A DNA stretch of 64,000 bases from the human T2T-CHM13v2.0 reference genome, Homo sapiens, in assembly GCF_009914755.1 (NCBI RefSeq), contig NC_060931.1, one strand, 5' to 3'. Made by a program: the position numbers and the translations under genes. This document shows, piece by piece, positions 15,361 to 29,130 of the stretch (position 1 is the first letter of the stretch; the number at the start of each line of letters is the position of its first letter). The notes under the pieces are model-generated. The model was given only the letters and a program-made list of their open reading frames with translations. It did not search any database and was not told the DNA's origin.

Positions 15361-18300
15361 TCATTTTTGTGATTTTTTTAAATAAAAAATGGAATCACAC
15401 TGTACGTGTTGTTCTGAAACTGCTTTTTTTAAAAAAAAAATTAACAATATGGAATTATTCCACTTCACCCTGATCCTGTTTTGGTGTTTGCAAAATATTC
15501 TATTGCATGGATGATACCTAATTTGTCTAGCAATCTTTTTTAATGGGCTTTTGTAAGGTCCAAAGAAGACAGTACATGAGACAGTGCTTCGTGAAACCAC
15601 AAGTCATAGTTTTTGAATATAGTGCATTATTTTGACTGTCAAACAAAAATTTATAACATAACTACACTGGTTTTAGCTTCTAAGCTCTAAATGTAAACAC
15701 TCTTGATGTACAAAGGGAGAAGTAATATGCTGCCTGCAATGCAGAATCACCATCACCATCGTCATCTGGAAATCTGATTTATTGCAGGGGTTTAAAATGA
15801 ACGATTGATAATCGAATGTACAGTGAAACATGTAATAGGTCGTTGCTGGGAGGTGAATCCATTTTTATTCAATGGGTAGCCCCTATTTATTCAGCTACCT
15901 TATATTCTAAAATAAATTTTTAAATTCCCACACCTTGCCCTTGTAAGTACAAATGAATTGAAGGCTAAAACTATAAAGTGAAGTGTGTGGAAAAAAAAGG
16001 TGTACTGATGTCATCTGATACAAAGAGTAAAATGAGCTTTTTTGTTTTGTTTGTTTTGTATGTATGTCTCTATTATGCTTGTGTTATTTTATTTTAAATT
16101 ATCCCTGAACTAGAAGTGGAGCATTAGCAGGTCTTTTGTCAAGAGACAGAAATTGTAATTTTTATTAAGAAAACAGAAATGGAATTTCTAACCTGATATG
16201 CTATTTACAAATTAAAATAAAATTTTCATCAATAAGCCTGCTTATAAGGGGAATATGTGGGTCTTAATTTTCCGAGTACACTAAGAATGATTAATTGGAC
16301 AATTCTCTTCATTATGTCTATGTAAACATAAGAGGTGGTATACAACAGAATTTGCCTTACTACAGTGACTTAGGGAAAGTGGTGACAGCTAATGGAACCT
16401 TCTCCTAAAGACAGGGTTGAGATATACAGTTTATAATCTGCTTAATAAACAATGTAGTCCTCTTTCTTGTCTAAGGACTGAAGGACAGAGGGAAGACAGC
16501 CTCTGCTACTACCCACCACTCTGTAAAAGTTCCAAATTGTAGGCTGTGGGTTAGATCTCTGGGAACATGCCCTTCAGTGGAAGGAGAATCACAACTGCTG
16601 CAGCAGAGTTTAGACCACTGCCAGCCAACCTATGGACACATGGCAGCCATCCATTGATGGTGATCGTGGTTCTCAGCCTTCATTCCTCCATATCACACGA
16701 TAGATGTTGTTCACAATCTCAGGTTGTGAATACAGACATACACAGGCTGTAGGTGCTATCCCTGGCACATTCTCTTTGCCTACTAGTCAAGAAAACATGT
16801 CAGAATGCAATGGAAATGAAGGTTACATTAATATAGGGATAGTTTGTAATCTCTTCTGATGTGCAAAAACTTTGGCATTTTGTGCACACCCAATCATGAC
16901 CCACCAATGTGTCCCAGTGCAATAACTCAGGACCACTGGACAAGGTAACTGTTTAGATCTCTGGACATATTACATCTCTGACTCTATGAAAGATACACAG
17001 ATCCCAGCCACAACTAGGAAGTAATTCCTCATAGAATTTTGATTAACTAGAGTGATTTTGTACAGAAACATCCAGAAGGCTGGCTCAGAACTGGGCCTTC
17101 TCTCCCACACATGAAACACAACATTTCCTAACAGGTGGCCTAGAGAAAACTTCCCTCTGCTCCCCCACCCTGTCCACAAATTCCAAAAGACTTACTTGCT
17201 TCTGGCTGAAACTGCGTTTACATAAGATGGTTACAGAAAATAGGTGGAAACTCAGTTCTGCAGCATGTAAAAGTGCATCCATGGAAAAGTCGACAGAGGA
17301 GAGGATCCAAAAAGCCAACAAGAACAAGAATCAAATAACTGAATACCAACTGTCCCTTTTCTGGTCATTCTCATTTTCTTTGGTTCTAGGTCACTGAATA
17401 AAAGTTTTTCATGATAGTCTCTTCTCTCTAATTAAACTTATCCAGAGACAGTGCTAAAAATGTGCCTCTGGAAAGCACATTTATGGTGTTATCCTCACCC
17501 TGGGAGAAGGGAAGAATGGAGTTCTTTGCATTGAACTCTCTCCTGACCCCACAAATATCTTTTCACAATTGGTGGACATTTATACCCCTCTTGTTGACTT
17601 TTGTCTCTGTTGTCCTGTTGAACGCTGATCTCATTGCACTTAAACGTTCACCCATGCAAGGGAAATGTCACTAAATGCTGCTGCTTGCTGAGCTGTTGAT
17701 TTTGCATTGGATAGAGCACTGTGATAATGGCCCACTGAGCTAATCTTCACAGGAAAGAAAGTTACACTCATGTGGTTACTCTCCCTCTGTAAAGCAGATC
17801 TGTATTTAGTCTTCTGTTTCTGAAACTTGAAGGCACATGTCATAAAAATGTTCTGCATATAAATGAAATAATGTAAAGCAATTATGATGCTTGTTAAGAA
17901 TGCAATGATTATGAAATGTGGAGTGTTAATGAATAAAATATATTTTAACTTGTTCAAAATGATTTGCCTCTTTTCTGAATTCAATGTGTGCAACAAAAAT
18001 AAGAAAAGATGCTATATTGAAGTAGTGCGTAAAGGCCAGAAACCTTAACACCACAGAGTCGAAAGCCAAAACCCAAAAAGTCAAGTTCACTGTTATCTAT
18101 TCATATTCGCTGTCGATATGGTTCAAATTATTGGGTTAATTGACAGATCTCCACTTTACTTCAGGCTGTATAGATGGAGCTTTGTCAAAATTAGATGCTT
18201 CATAAATGGCTCTTTTGATGTTATCTTTGAATTCATCTCCTTACCAAAGAAGGGCTATTAAAGCAGCTTCTACAGTGTCAACAATGTTTCCAACCAAAGT

Positions 18301-18904
18301 AAAATAGCTAAATGCTTAATGGGCCCAATTCTCTGCAGAAGCGTCTGTTCACCAACCCCCTGAGGCAAAGCTGCTGAGAATAAGGATGTAGCAACCTCTA
18401 GCACTACAGGAGCCACAGATAGGCATGGGGTAGAGACAGGCGAGGGAGTAGATGGAGCTTTTTCCCATCTCCCTTCAGGGCACTCTGCAGTGACAATGGA
18501 ACTATGAATAATCAACTTCATTCATGACCTTAGAGCACTCAACCTGTCAGGGCAACCCATGCTCTTCCTCCTTTACACCTCCATTCTCTCCAACCTCCAA
18601 ACCACCTCTCCCATTTGGCCCCTGTCTTTGCAACCTATTGGCAAAGAACATTGACATATCACCCAGGAATCCTTCATCTTCCGGCCGCCATGCTTACAAA
18701 CCATTGTCCATCTACAGGCATCTTCCTTCTGCTAGCTAAGGTAAACCCCTCCATCTGGACTTTGCAGCCCATCCCTTCATGACTTCTCAGGGGCTTTATA
18801 CCACTGTCAAATGCAACCTCCCTTTTCTCTTCTATATTCAACTGAGTCCTATAAATTGTAGTCTTCTCTCTGACATTAAATACTGAAAATGTCATTCCAA
18901 CAGA

Positions 18905-19040
18905 GTAGGCTTGTTTTAATATATGTATGTCCCAAACATTGCATGGGATATATTTATACTGAAAAAGTATTTGCTGTTTATCTGATATTCAAATTAAATT
19001 GGGCATCCTGTATCTTTATTTGCTAAATATGGCAACCACA
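18905..19040. mobile_element. MER53-like hAT DNA transposon fragment
   Basis: tatgtcccaaacattgcatgggatatatttatactgaaaaagtatttgctgtttatctgatattcaaatt...gctaaatatggcaacc matches recalled MER53. Confidence 0.75.
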
Positions 19041-19723
19041 CACTAGAGAGATCTTTCTTGACAACCCACTGCAGAAAATAGTACTATTTTCTGCAACAGT
19101 TTCTATCACCTTTATTTGTCTTCATACATGATCAACACTGGGCATAGCATACATTTATATGTTTGCATACTGTCTGTGTCTCTCCACCTCCCACTATAAT
19201 GTAGGGCCCATGGGAGCAGGAGCTTTCAAAATTCTCTGTCACATCTCCACTGCCTAAAACAGGGTGTAGCATGACATTAAGGTTTAATTAATATTTTTGA
19301 ATAAATCCTGAGTTTCTCTTATTTTAAAATAATTGTCACTTAACACCACAACCTCTCTAGCTCTACTCCTTTATTTCTCCCTCCCACTTCAGAATCAGAT
19401 TTTTTTAAGAGTTCTTACCATTCACTGTCACTATGACTTCATCTCTCAATTCCGTCTCTCCTTACTCCATTCTGGCTCTGCTTTTATCATTCCACCAAAA
19501 CAGCTCTGGATAAGGTCACCAATTACCTCCTTTTGTTAAATCACTTGGACTTTTTTTAACCCCCATCTAATCTCTCAAGATGTGATGTTATAAACCACTT
19601 CCCACTTCATGAAATAAACCCCCTGTTTCACTGGCAATGCACTCTCCTGGTTTTCCTCTTAACTCTATAATCACTCCCTTGTTAATTTGTCCTTCTCTAC
19701 CTGGCCATTAACATTTGGAGTTA

Positions 19724-19995
19724 GGCCAGGCTTGGTGGCTCACATCTGTAATACCAGTACCAGGAGTATGAGATCAGCCTGGGTAACATAGTGAGACCCC
19801 TATATCCACAAAAAAATTCTTAAAAATAGCCAGGTATGGTGGCATGCACCTGTAGTCCTAGCTATACCAGAGGCTAAATCAGGAGGATTGCTTGAGCCCA
19901 GGAGTTTGAGGCTACAGTGAGCTATGATCATATCACTGCACTCCAGCCTGGGTGACAGAGCAAGACCATGTATTTAAAAAAAAAGAAACAAAAAC
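19724..19995 (+). mobile_element. AluJ with left-arm deletion
   Basis: AluJ diagnostics gcccaggagtttgaggctacagtgagctatgat; TSD aacatttggagtta / aacacttggagtta. Confidence 0.92.
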
Positions 19996-20713
19996 AACAC
20001 TTGGAGTTAGTTGAGGCCTATTCTTTCTTCATTCTATGTTCTCTCCCTGGGGTAATATCATCTATGCCCATGGCTTCAATGACCATTTATTTGCTGATGA
20101 TTCCCAAAATTTGTTTATCCAGCCCAAAGATTTTGGAGTCATCGGCAAATAAACTCAATTGTCTAAGACTGAATTTAAGACATCCTCTGCTCACCCTAAC
20201 CCCGGTTGTCTTCTGTTGTTTCACATCTCATTGAATGACACCTTCATGCATCTAAAGGCACAAACCAGAAAACTAATGGTCATCCTGGGCACCTGTAAAT
20301 CTCATTTCCCAAATAGTTCTTGAATCTATTCATTTCTCTGTATCTCCATAGTCACCTAGTACAAAAAAGTGTTACCTCTCACTAGACACTACAATAGCTT
20401 CTTAACTAAAAAAGCTATATTCATTGACTCAGATCTCCTTCCAATCTGTTCTCTACATTTAGAGGTAATGTGATTATTTTTCCCCTGTTGAAAATTCTTC
20501 ATTGGTTTCTTAGGGGCCCCCAATCTCTCTTTTCAGTTTTACCCCTGCTACTGTCTTGATCTCTCAGCTGCAGCAACACTGGCCAGGAATTGGTTTCTTA
20601 AATGCAACCATACAACTATATTGAGAGGGCTAGATGAGAAACTAATTATGAAATAATGAGGCTCAAATAGTGAGGTAGTGAGAAATAACACTGCATATGA
20701 AAATCAGCCATCT

Positions 20714-20965
20714 GGCCAGGCGTGGTGGCTCACGCCTGTAATCCCAGCACTTTGGGAGTCTGAGGCAGGTGGATCCCGAGGTCAAGAGATGGAGACCATC
20801 CTGGCCAACATGGTGAAACCCCGTCTCTACTAAAAATACAAAAATTACGCGGGCATGGTGGCGGGCGCCTGTAGTCCCAGCTACTCAGGAGGCTGAGACA
20901 GGAGAATCACTTGAACCTGGGAGGTGGAGGTTGCAGTGAGCTGAGAGACTCTGTCTTGAAAAAAG
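20714..20965 (+). mobile_element. AluSc-like element with right-arm deletion
   Basis: gaggtcaagagatggagaccatcctggccaacatgg; TSD aatcagccatct at about 20702-20713 and 21186-21197. Confidence 0.92.
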
Positions 20966-21111
20966 AAAGAAAGAAAGACAAAGAAGAAAGAAAGAAAGAA
21001 AAAGAAAGAAAGGAAAGAAAGAAAGAAAGAAAATCAGCCAAGAAAGAAAGAAAGAAAAAGAAAATCAGCCAAGAAAGAAAAGGAAGAAGAAAGAAAGAAA
21101 GAAAGAAAGAG

Positions 21112-21178
<67 letters not shown>

Positions 21179-21182
21179 AATA
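20959..21182. repeat. Compound (GAAA)n STR derived from the Alu tail
   Basis: Long gaaa array read directly, with internal gaaaatcagcca units. Confidence 0.97.
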
Positions 21183-21229
21183 AAGAATCAGCCATCTGTC
21201 ATCTGCCAAAACCATCATATAAAATTTAG

Positions 21230-21355
21230 GGTCAAACGGTCCTTCACATATCATCTCGTCTAATTCTCTCCCCACAAATAAGAAAATGAGGGCCCAGAGA
21301 GAAGAGACCGACCAAAGTTGCACAGCTATTTAGTGGCAGAGCTAGGAATAAGCCT
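21230..21355 (-). mobile_element. MIR fragment
   Basis: cacaaataagaaaatgagggcccagagag...ccaaagttgcacagctatttagtggcagagctagga. Confidence 0.75.
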
Positions 21356-21399
21356 TCAAACTCAATAATCAATAACTTTGTCAATGAAAAAATTTTTAA

Positions 21400-23519
21400 A
21401 TTTTTTTTAATTTTTAAAATTGTATTTCAATAGTTTTTGGGGAACATGGAAAAGTGGTTGCACGGAAAAGTTCTTAAGTGGTGATTTCTGAGATTTTGGT
21501 GCACCCATCACCCGAGCAACATACACTGTACCCAATGTGTAGTTTTTATCCCTCACCCCGCTCCAAGCCTTCCCCCAGAGTCCCCAAAGTCCATTATATC
21601 ATTCTTATGCCTTTGCGTCCTCATAGCTTAGTTCCTGCTTACAGGTGAGTACATACGATGTTTGTTTTTTTCCATTCCTGAGTTACTTCACCTAGAATAA
21701 TGGTCTCCAACTCCATCTGAGTTGCTGCAAATGCCATTATTTCATTCCTTTTTATGGCTGAGTAGTATTCCATGGTGTATATACCACATTTTCTTTACTT
21801 GTTGGTTGATGGGCATTTAGACTGGTTCCATATTTTTGCAATTGTGAATTTTGCTGCTATAAACATGCTTGTGCAAGTGTCCTTTTTCATGTAATGACTT
21901 CTTTTCTCTGGGTAGATATCCAGTAGTGGGATTTCTGGATCAAACAGTAGTTCTACTTTGAGTTCTTTTTAAAATATCCATACTGTTTTCCACAGTGGTT
22001 GTACTAGTTTGCATTCCCACCAGCAGTGTAAAAGTGTTGCCTTTGCACCACATCCATGTCAACATCTGTTTTTTTTTAAATTTTTTTTATTATGGCCATT
22101 CTTGCAGGAGTAAGGTGGTATCACATTGTGGTTTTTATATGCATTTCCCTGATAGTGATGTTGAGCATCTTTTCATGTTTGTTGGCCATTTGTATATCTT
22201 CTTTTAAGAATTGTCTATTGATGTCCTTTGCCCACTTTTTGATGGGATTATTTGTTTTTTCCTTGCTGACTTGCTTCAGTTCCTTGTAGATTCTGGATAT
22301 TAGTCCTTTGTCAAATGCATAATTTGTGAAGATTTTCTCCTTCCCTGTGGGTTGTCTGTTTACTCTGCTGATTATTTCTTTTGCTGTGCATAAGCTTTAT
22401 AGTTTAGTTAAGTCCCATCTATTGATATTTGTTTTTGTGGCATTTGCTTTTGGGTTTTCTTCTCATGAACTCTTTGCCTAAGCCAATTCAACAAGAGTTT
22501 TACTGATGTTATCTTCTAAAATTTTTATGGTTTCAGGTTTTAGACTTAAGTCTTTTATTTATCTTGAGTTGATTTTTGTATAAGGTGAGAAATGAGGAGC
22601 CAGCTTCATTCTTCTACATGTGGCTTGCCACTTATTCCAGCACTATTTATTGAATAGGGTGTCCTTTCCCCCACTTTATGTTTTTGTTTGCTTTGTTGAA
22701 GATCAGTTGGCTATGAGTATTTGGCTGTATTTCTGGGTTCTTTATTCTGTTCCATTGGTCTAAATGCCTATTTTTATACCAGTATCATGCTGTTTTGGTA
22801 ACTGTAGCCTTGTAGTATAGTTTGAAGTCAGGTAATGTGATGCCTACAGAGATTGTTTTGTTTTGTTTTTTTGCTTAGTCTTGCTTTGGCTATGCAGACT
22901 CTTTTGTTGGTTCCATATGAATTTTAGGATTGTTTTTTCTAGTTCTATGAAGAATGTTGATGGTACTTTGATGGGAATTGCATTAAATTTGTAGATTGTT
23001 TTTGGTAGTATGGTCATTTTCACAATGTTAATTCTACCCATCCACGAGCATGGGGTATGTTTCCATTTGTTTGTGTCATCCATAATTTCTTTCAGCAGTG
23101 TTTTGTAGTTTTCTTTGTAGAGATCTTTCACCTCCTATTTAGATACTTTCTTAAGTCTTTTTTACTTTTTGCAGTTACAAAAGGAATTTAGTTCTTTATT
23201 TGATTCTCAGCTTAGTCATTGTTGGTGTATAGCAGTGCTACTAATTTGTGTACATTGATTTTGTATCCTGAAACTTTACTGAATTCATTTATCAGTTCTA
23301 GGAGCTTTTTAGATGAGTCTTTAGGGTATTCTAGGTATACGATCATATCATCAATCAACAGTGACAGTTTGACTTCCTGTTTACCTATATGGATGCCCTT
23401 TATTTCTTTCTCTTGTCTGATTGCTCTGGTTAGGACTTCCGGTACTATGTTGAATAGAAGTGGTGAAAGTGGGCACCCTTGTCTTGCTCCAGTTTTCAAG
23501 GGGAATGATTTCAACTTTT
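21400..23519 (-). mobile_element. 5'-truncated LINE-1 (L1PB-type, probably L1PB1)
   Basis: 3'UTR gtggtgatttctgagattttggtgcacccatcacccgagca; ORF2 remnant [14 protein letters not shown]...[11 protein letters not shown] in the ORF track. Confidence 0.9.
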
Positions 23520-25927
23520 GACCAGGTTGAAAAAGCCTACTATAGACAGGTGCCAGCATGTGGATGGGGCCAGTATTGGGGCCTTGTTTGGACAATTGAT
23601 CAGCATATAAGCAAACAACAGGGTTTAGAACAAACCAAATAAAAGTCCACCTTCTGAGTCTGACACATAAGCTACCTGGGATTTTCACAAGGACCTTCTT
23701 CCTTCTTCCATGAGTACTAAAAATAATCAACTGGGTGTCCACTGAAAGTTACAAAATGAGGGAAATAGACTTAAGCACTACTATTTCCTCACAATTAGGC
23801 AAAAGTATCATCAGAAAGATCCTAGTCCATTTCCTTTTAAAGGAAATCCGAAACTATAGAGCACAATTCATACCTTGAAACCAAAGTTGTCATTCAACTA
23901 CCAGGGGAAGCTTCTGGAGGACTCTTCTATTGAGATCAAGGGAGGCTGAGTAAATACCCTGTGTATGCTTATCACTATGGGCACTGAAGTGTAAATGAGT
24001 ATGAAAGTTGCCTTTTGGTGTCAAAAGACCTTACAAGATTCTTTTCCAAATGGGATTGGAATTATTAGTAAATTTGTTGAGCTGAAAGGCACTGTTTATC
24101 AGCTGTAAGTATTTTTAATTGGTTTCCAGGGAACACCTGTGTTAGGGTTATAAGCATCAAAGGTGATAAACAACCTAATTATCCTCCCAGAACCATTAGG
24201 AAAAAGTATCACTGTTGGTGAGCTTTCTTTGATGCCTTCTTTTGAAAGGCCATCCTGCTACTATTGTGGGGCTATTTGTAGTTTATTTCCTGGAGCTTTC
24301 ATGCTCCCTTCATACATAGAAAAGGCTGTTAGAAGTAGATTAATGAAATTAATAACATTTGCACCACTAGTCAAGTGTATCTTAAGCTACCATTGGACAT
24401 AGCACCTCCTTGGAGAAGTAGCAAGTTAGAGATAATCAGAAAACCACAGAAGAATTTTAAGAGATAGGGGCAAAAAACATATGAGAAGGTATAAAGGCCT
24501 TGGTACAGCACCTATTTCTTTATCATGGTGGTTTCTGAGAAAAGAGAGTTGCCAATCCAGGAGGCTGTTTCAGGGAGAGAAGGAGAGAATTTTGGATTCT
24601 AGATTCTGTTTATTTTCAATAATTTTCTTTAAAAATTATTTTTTCACGAAGATAATTTGGTACATGAAGGCAGACTATGATAGCAGTGTTAACAGACCAG
24701 ACTGTACTCCAAATACCTTTCTTATGATTGCACCTTTTGAGAATGATTTTTTTTTTCTTTCTAGAATCCTTTATTCCAATACAGTGTCCTTGGGAGGGTT
24801 TTAAAAAGTCACTGCTATAACAGAGAACAATAACCTTTCTACAGAAGACAAGGAACAATCAGGATACAAGATTTGAATAGAGGCCAGAGATGGACTTTTC
24901 CTAATTCAGTTTAGCTCAGGACTAACACTGAGTTACTTAGAATTTTGATCTTACCACCCTCTCTTATTCTCTATCATATGGAATAATTTACTGGCTCACA
25001 CTTTCACTAGTTGAAATGTCTTTTTACCTGGCAGAAAAGAATTAAAAATTATGTTTTGAACTCCTCAAGAAGAGGTGCTATAGAGATTCAGGGGAATTCA
25101 CTATAATCATTTTTAAGTACTTTGTGTTTTAAAAACTGCTGACTGTGATGAAAATCACAGAGCTGGAAAAGGACCAAAGGAAGCCATTCCTGTCTCACTT
25201 CATGAATGAGGAAACTGAGGCCCATCTGTGACATGAAGCGATGAGCTCAGGGCTCTTGCAAACTACCCCATAGCCTTCTCACTTGATTCTGCTGAGGGAA
25301 ATCGTGCACCATGGTTGAGACTAGGATCATGTTAAATCACTGTCTCCACATGATATCTTTGGTATTGGATAGAATTAAAGGGAAGCACAGTGGCCACCAT
25401 CCTTTCAGACCTGCCTGAAATTGGCAATCTACCAACTAGGCCAAACATTAATTTCCCCAAACCATTGTGAAGCATGAAATGTGATATCACAATAAAAATG
25501 TCAGTTAGACATTAAAATCAGAACTTAAAAAAATACCTAACTTAATTACTTTGGATTTAAACAGAGAATAGAGCAACTGAATACTCCATTGGCGTGACTT
25601 GATCCAAAAGGGGTAGGACCTTGTTTTAGCACCAGTGGGTCTGTTAGCATGGGGCTCCGAGCTTGTGTCAGGGCTTGTCTCCCTTCACATTTATCTATAC
25701 CATCATCAATTACCCCTTCTCCTTCTCCCTTGTCCAACTGGTAAGCTTTAAGTTCTTTCTGAATGTTGGTGGGAATTTTTTATTGAAAAACAAATGGTCC
25801 AACCATATCCTTTTATATAACACAAGCTTTAAAAAAGGAGAGTGTATATGTGTTTCAATCTTATAATTTCATAGTTGATTTGTGGTATCTTTTGGCTCCA
25901 GGAAGGCATTTTAAGAATCCTAGTTAT

Positions 25928-26353
<426 letters not shown>

Positions 26354-28899
26354 TAAATTCTGTCTGTCAGTGTTCGTGATGGTTGTTTTCAAACTCACAG
26401 GATTATGGTAGCTTGATACAACCACCTTGAGAAGAATAAATAATGGTTTTTTTAGTGAGTAAATCTCATATTTAAGAATTCTGCATCTCCAAAATACCAC
26501 CCCCAAGTTTTCCTCGAGCCTTTTTTCTACCCTAAATACAACAAAGAGATAGAACACAAGTTCACCAGTAACCATGGCTCTCTGTGACAACGACTTTGCA
26601 GATTCCCTTAAGGGAGCACTTTCATTCCTAGAATATTTGCCCTGATTTACTTATGTAGTTGTTTTATAAAATAATCATACCCATGATTATTAAAATGACT
26701 AAAATTAATAGAAGGATTGTTATCCCAGCATCTTTCTTCTCAGCCAGTCCAGGGTTAGGGCTTCAGGTTCAGATCAAACCTCAATACTTGTAGAAGGCAA
26801 AGCTGCAATCCAAGTAATTTCTGTCTCAGAAGATTTTATTTCTTTTTTGTGGGGGAGATTTTTCATCTCCACTTCTTACTTCTCAGCTACCCCCTAATCA
26901 TTTTATGTCCCAGATTAGCCCAGAGCAACCTCATTGTATAATACCATCTGACCAGTGTCTGACCTTCCTAAGGAGTTCGTCTCACTAATGTCATCCTACC
27001 TCCTTTACTGAAACTATAACTTGCCAGATCATCAACATTCTTAGCCAAATTGTGTATCCCATATCCATTTCCTTAAGATCTTGTAGATAGTCAGTAAGAG
27101 ACTTAGTAAACCAATACACAGTAAGGTTACAGGGGCAATATCTTATAGCTCTTAAGAGTATGTGATTTAAAGTCAAACTGTAGTAACTGGAACTTTGTAA
27201 GGGCTCAATAAAGCAGAGCTATTATTATTGGATTGTTATTGTTATCAATAACAACAGCAGCAGCAGCTATACTGCTAGTATACTGACCGTCTTCTCCAAG
27301 TAGTATTGTTTTTCTAGAGGCTTTCAATGATTTTTCCCTTTAAAGGGAGGATTGTGAAGTTTCTGTTTCTAGCTTCGCATTAAGGGTACGGTCTTGTTGA
27401 GATTTTTTTCAATCCTTCTAATACCTCTCCTGTCCTGTACGGAAGGCTAGGCCTGCTCATGTTTATTGGGGTCTCCAGCCTGGATCAGTTACAAGCTGCA
27501 GGAAGGGCTGGAACATCATATGGCAGATAAAGACCTGGCTAAGCCAGGTAGCCTAGAGTGTGGCCACTTCAAGTCTCCTTACTTCCTCTTTTCTCAAGAG
27601 CCCTAAGCTCCAAAGCTGAGATTCATTAGGCATCCTTAAGCTCCATGTAGGATGAGCAGACAAGAAAAGTAAGGAGTTTCCTTTCTCTAACCCCAGGAAT
27701 TTTGATATTCCACATGACAGAGTTTTCAAAAAAAGAAGAATCCTTTCTAATGTGTGTGTGTGTGTGTATGTGTGAGCAAGTGTTGGACAAATGTACACCA
27801 CCCCCTCTTAATCCACAAGAGCTAGCACAGGAATTAGCATCTGAGCCACTTACAAGTGGAACTAGCCTAGTGGTGATAAAATTCCAGAGGGAGCCATTGT
27901 TCCCCACTGGTTAAGATTGATTGTGGGCCTTTCCCGTTTCTGGTGTAGTAACTAGAGCATCCTCATCTACAAGGATGCTAACACTAAGCCATGTTCCAAG
28001 AACTAATGCTTTGCTGACTTTGGCTACTACATTGCACTGGCTCTAAAATAGAACATATTTCTCAAGTGAGCTAATGCCTATTTACCACTTTGTTGTAATG
28101 TGTAATTATCATAAATGACACTTAATTGTTTAATTACTAGACCAAAGAGTAGATAAGAACTTGCTGCAAGGAAGCTATAAGACCAATCCTCTCTCTATAT
28201 AAAAGGTATATATATTATATATGCATATGCACCATACATGTTCATACATATCTACAAGTATTTTTATTTGAGTGTTTATGTATAAATCCATACTTGCACA
28301 TATTTTCAACATCCCAGATTGTCATGGGTTTGATTCAGTGGTCATACAAATGGACTGAAGGAGAGATGCAGCCAAAATAAAGAAATGGTTTGGTTGGCTC
28401 AAAATGTGAACTCCCTTTAAACAAGGCTGCTTTAGTAACAGTGTTACTACAGCGTGTTACTAAAGACCACTCTGTTGAGCAACATTGATCTTGTCCTCTT
28501 GTTGCTCTCCTCTTTGAGAAAGTAATTCGCAATGTGGGGAGAACCTAAAGTGATTGGATTGCATATAGTGCCAATTCCATGTGGAGAGAGGGTGGGCTAA
28601 TCGGAATAAAGTTTCTTAGCTAGAGTCTAGTACTTACCCAAAAGACAGGCTGATCCTTTGAGGAAACTTAAATCCCCTCTGTGACTTGTGACACATAGTT
28701 CCTGCGGGTCTTAAAGGAATGCTGACCTCCCTTTTCACATGAAGAAAAGATATGTAAGACCTGAGAATTTCAAAGCAATTCCAGGAATGTGCTATTCTTA
28801 TAACCAAATCACAACAAACACTGTTCCTTGTGGACCCTTTCCCAAATACAGTCACTGTAGGCTTCAAGCAGTCATTCCAGCTTACAGTGGCTAATAGTA

Positions 28900-29130
28900 A
28901 CAGCTCCTTTTGATTAAGCACTTACTACATTCCAGGTGTTAGGCTAAGTGTTTTACCTGTATGCATTCTACTTATTTCTCGCAGTTACATGCTACTCTTA
29001 TCTGCATTTTACAGGCTTGGAGAGGGTAAGTCACAAGCTCATTGTCACACAAGTAGTAAATGGCAGAAGCAGAATTTGGACCCAGGCAGTCAGACTCCTG
29101 ATCCCATCACTTTAACCACCAACCTATACC
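28900..29130 (-). mobile_element. MIR
   Basis: ttaagcacttactacattccagg...cacacaagtagtaaatggcagaagcagaatttggacccaggcagtcagactcc. Confidence 0.8.

Larger units (their letters stand above)
18470..20600 (+). mobile_element. L2 LINE fragments (interrupted by MER53, an L2 3' end and an Alu)
   Basis: Pyrimidine-rich L2 ORF2-like sequence, including catggcttcaatgaccatttatttgctgatgattcccaa (HGF..HLFADDSQ, YADD-like) near 20070-20107; L2 3' end at about 19045-19305. Confidence 0.75.

Noticed and set aside
15748-15766. His-tag-like caccatcaccatcgtcat
   Set aside because: Short natural (CAY)n run with no vector or ORF context.
20959-21197. Repeat-spacer-like pattern suggestive of CRISPR
   Set aside because: The spacers are GAAA microsatellite and the repeat is an Alu TSD; eukaryotic context, no cas genes.
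20907-21323. K/E/R-rich and F/L/S-rich ORFs (also 59622-60049 and 62116-62778)
   Set aside because: Translations of GAAA/GA simple repeats that lack stop codons.
23212-23742. 176-aa ORF apparently fusing unique sequence to an RT segment
   Set aside because: Chance read-through across the L1PB truncation point; non-ATG start, and the catalytic motif is degenerate (LIDD).
27233-27254. Hairpin ttgttattg-ttat-caataacaa
   Set aside because: Only 9-bp arms in low-complexity MIR-tail-like sequence; expected by chance.
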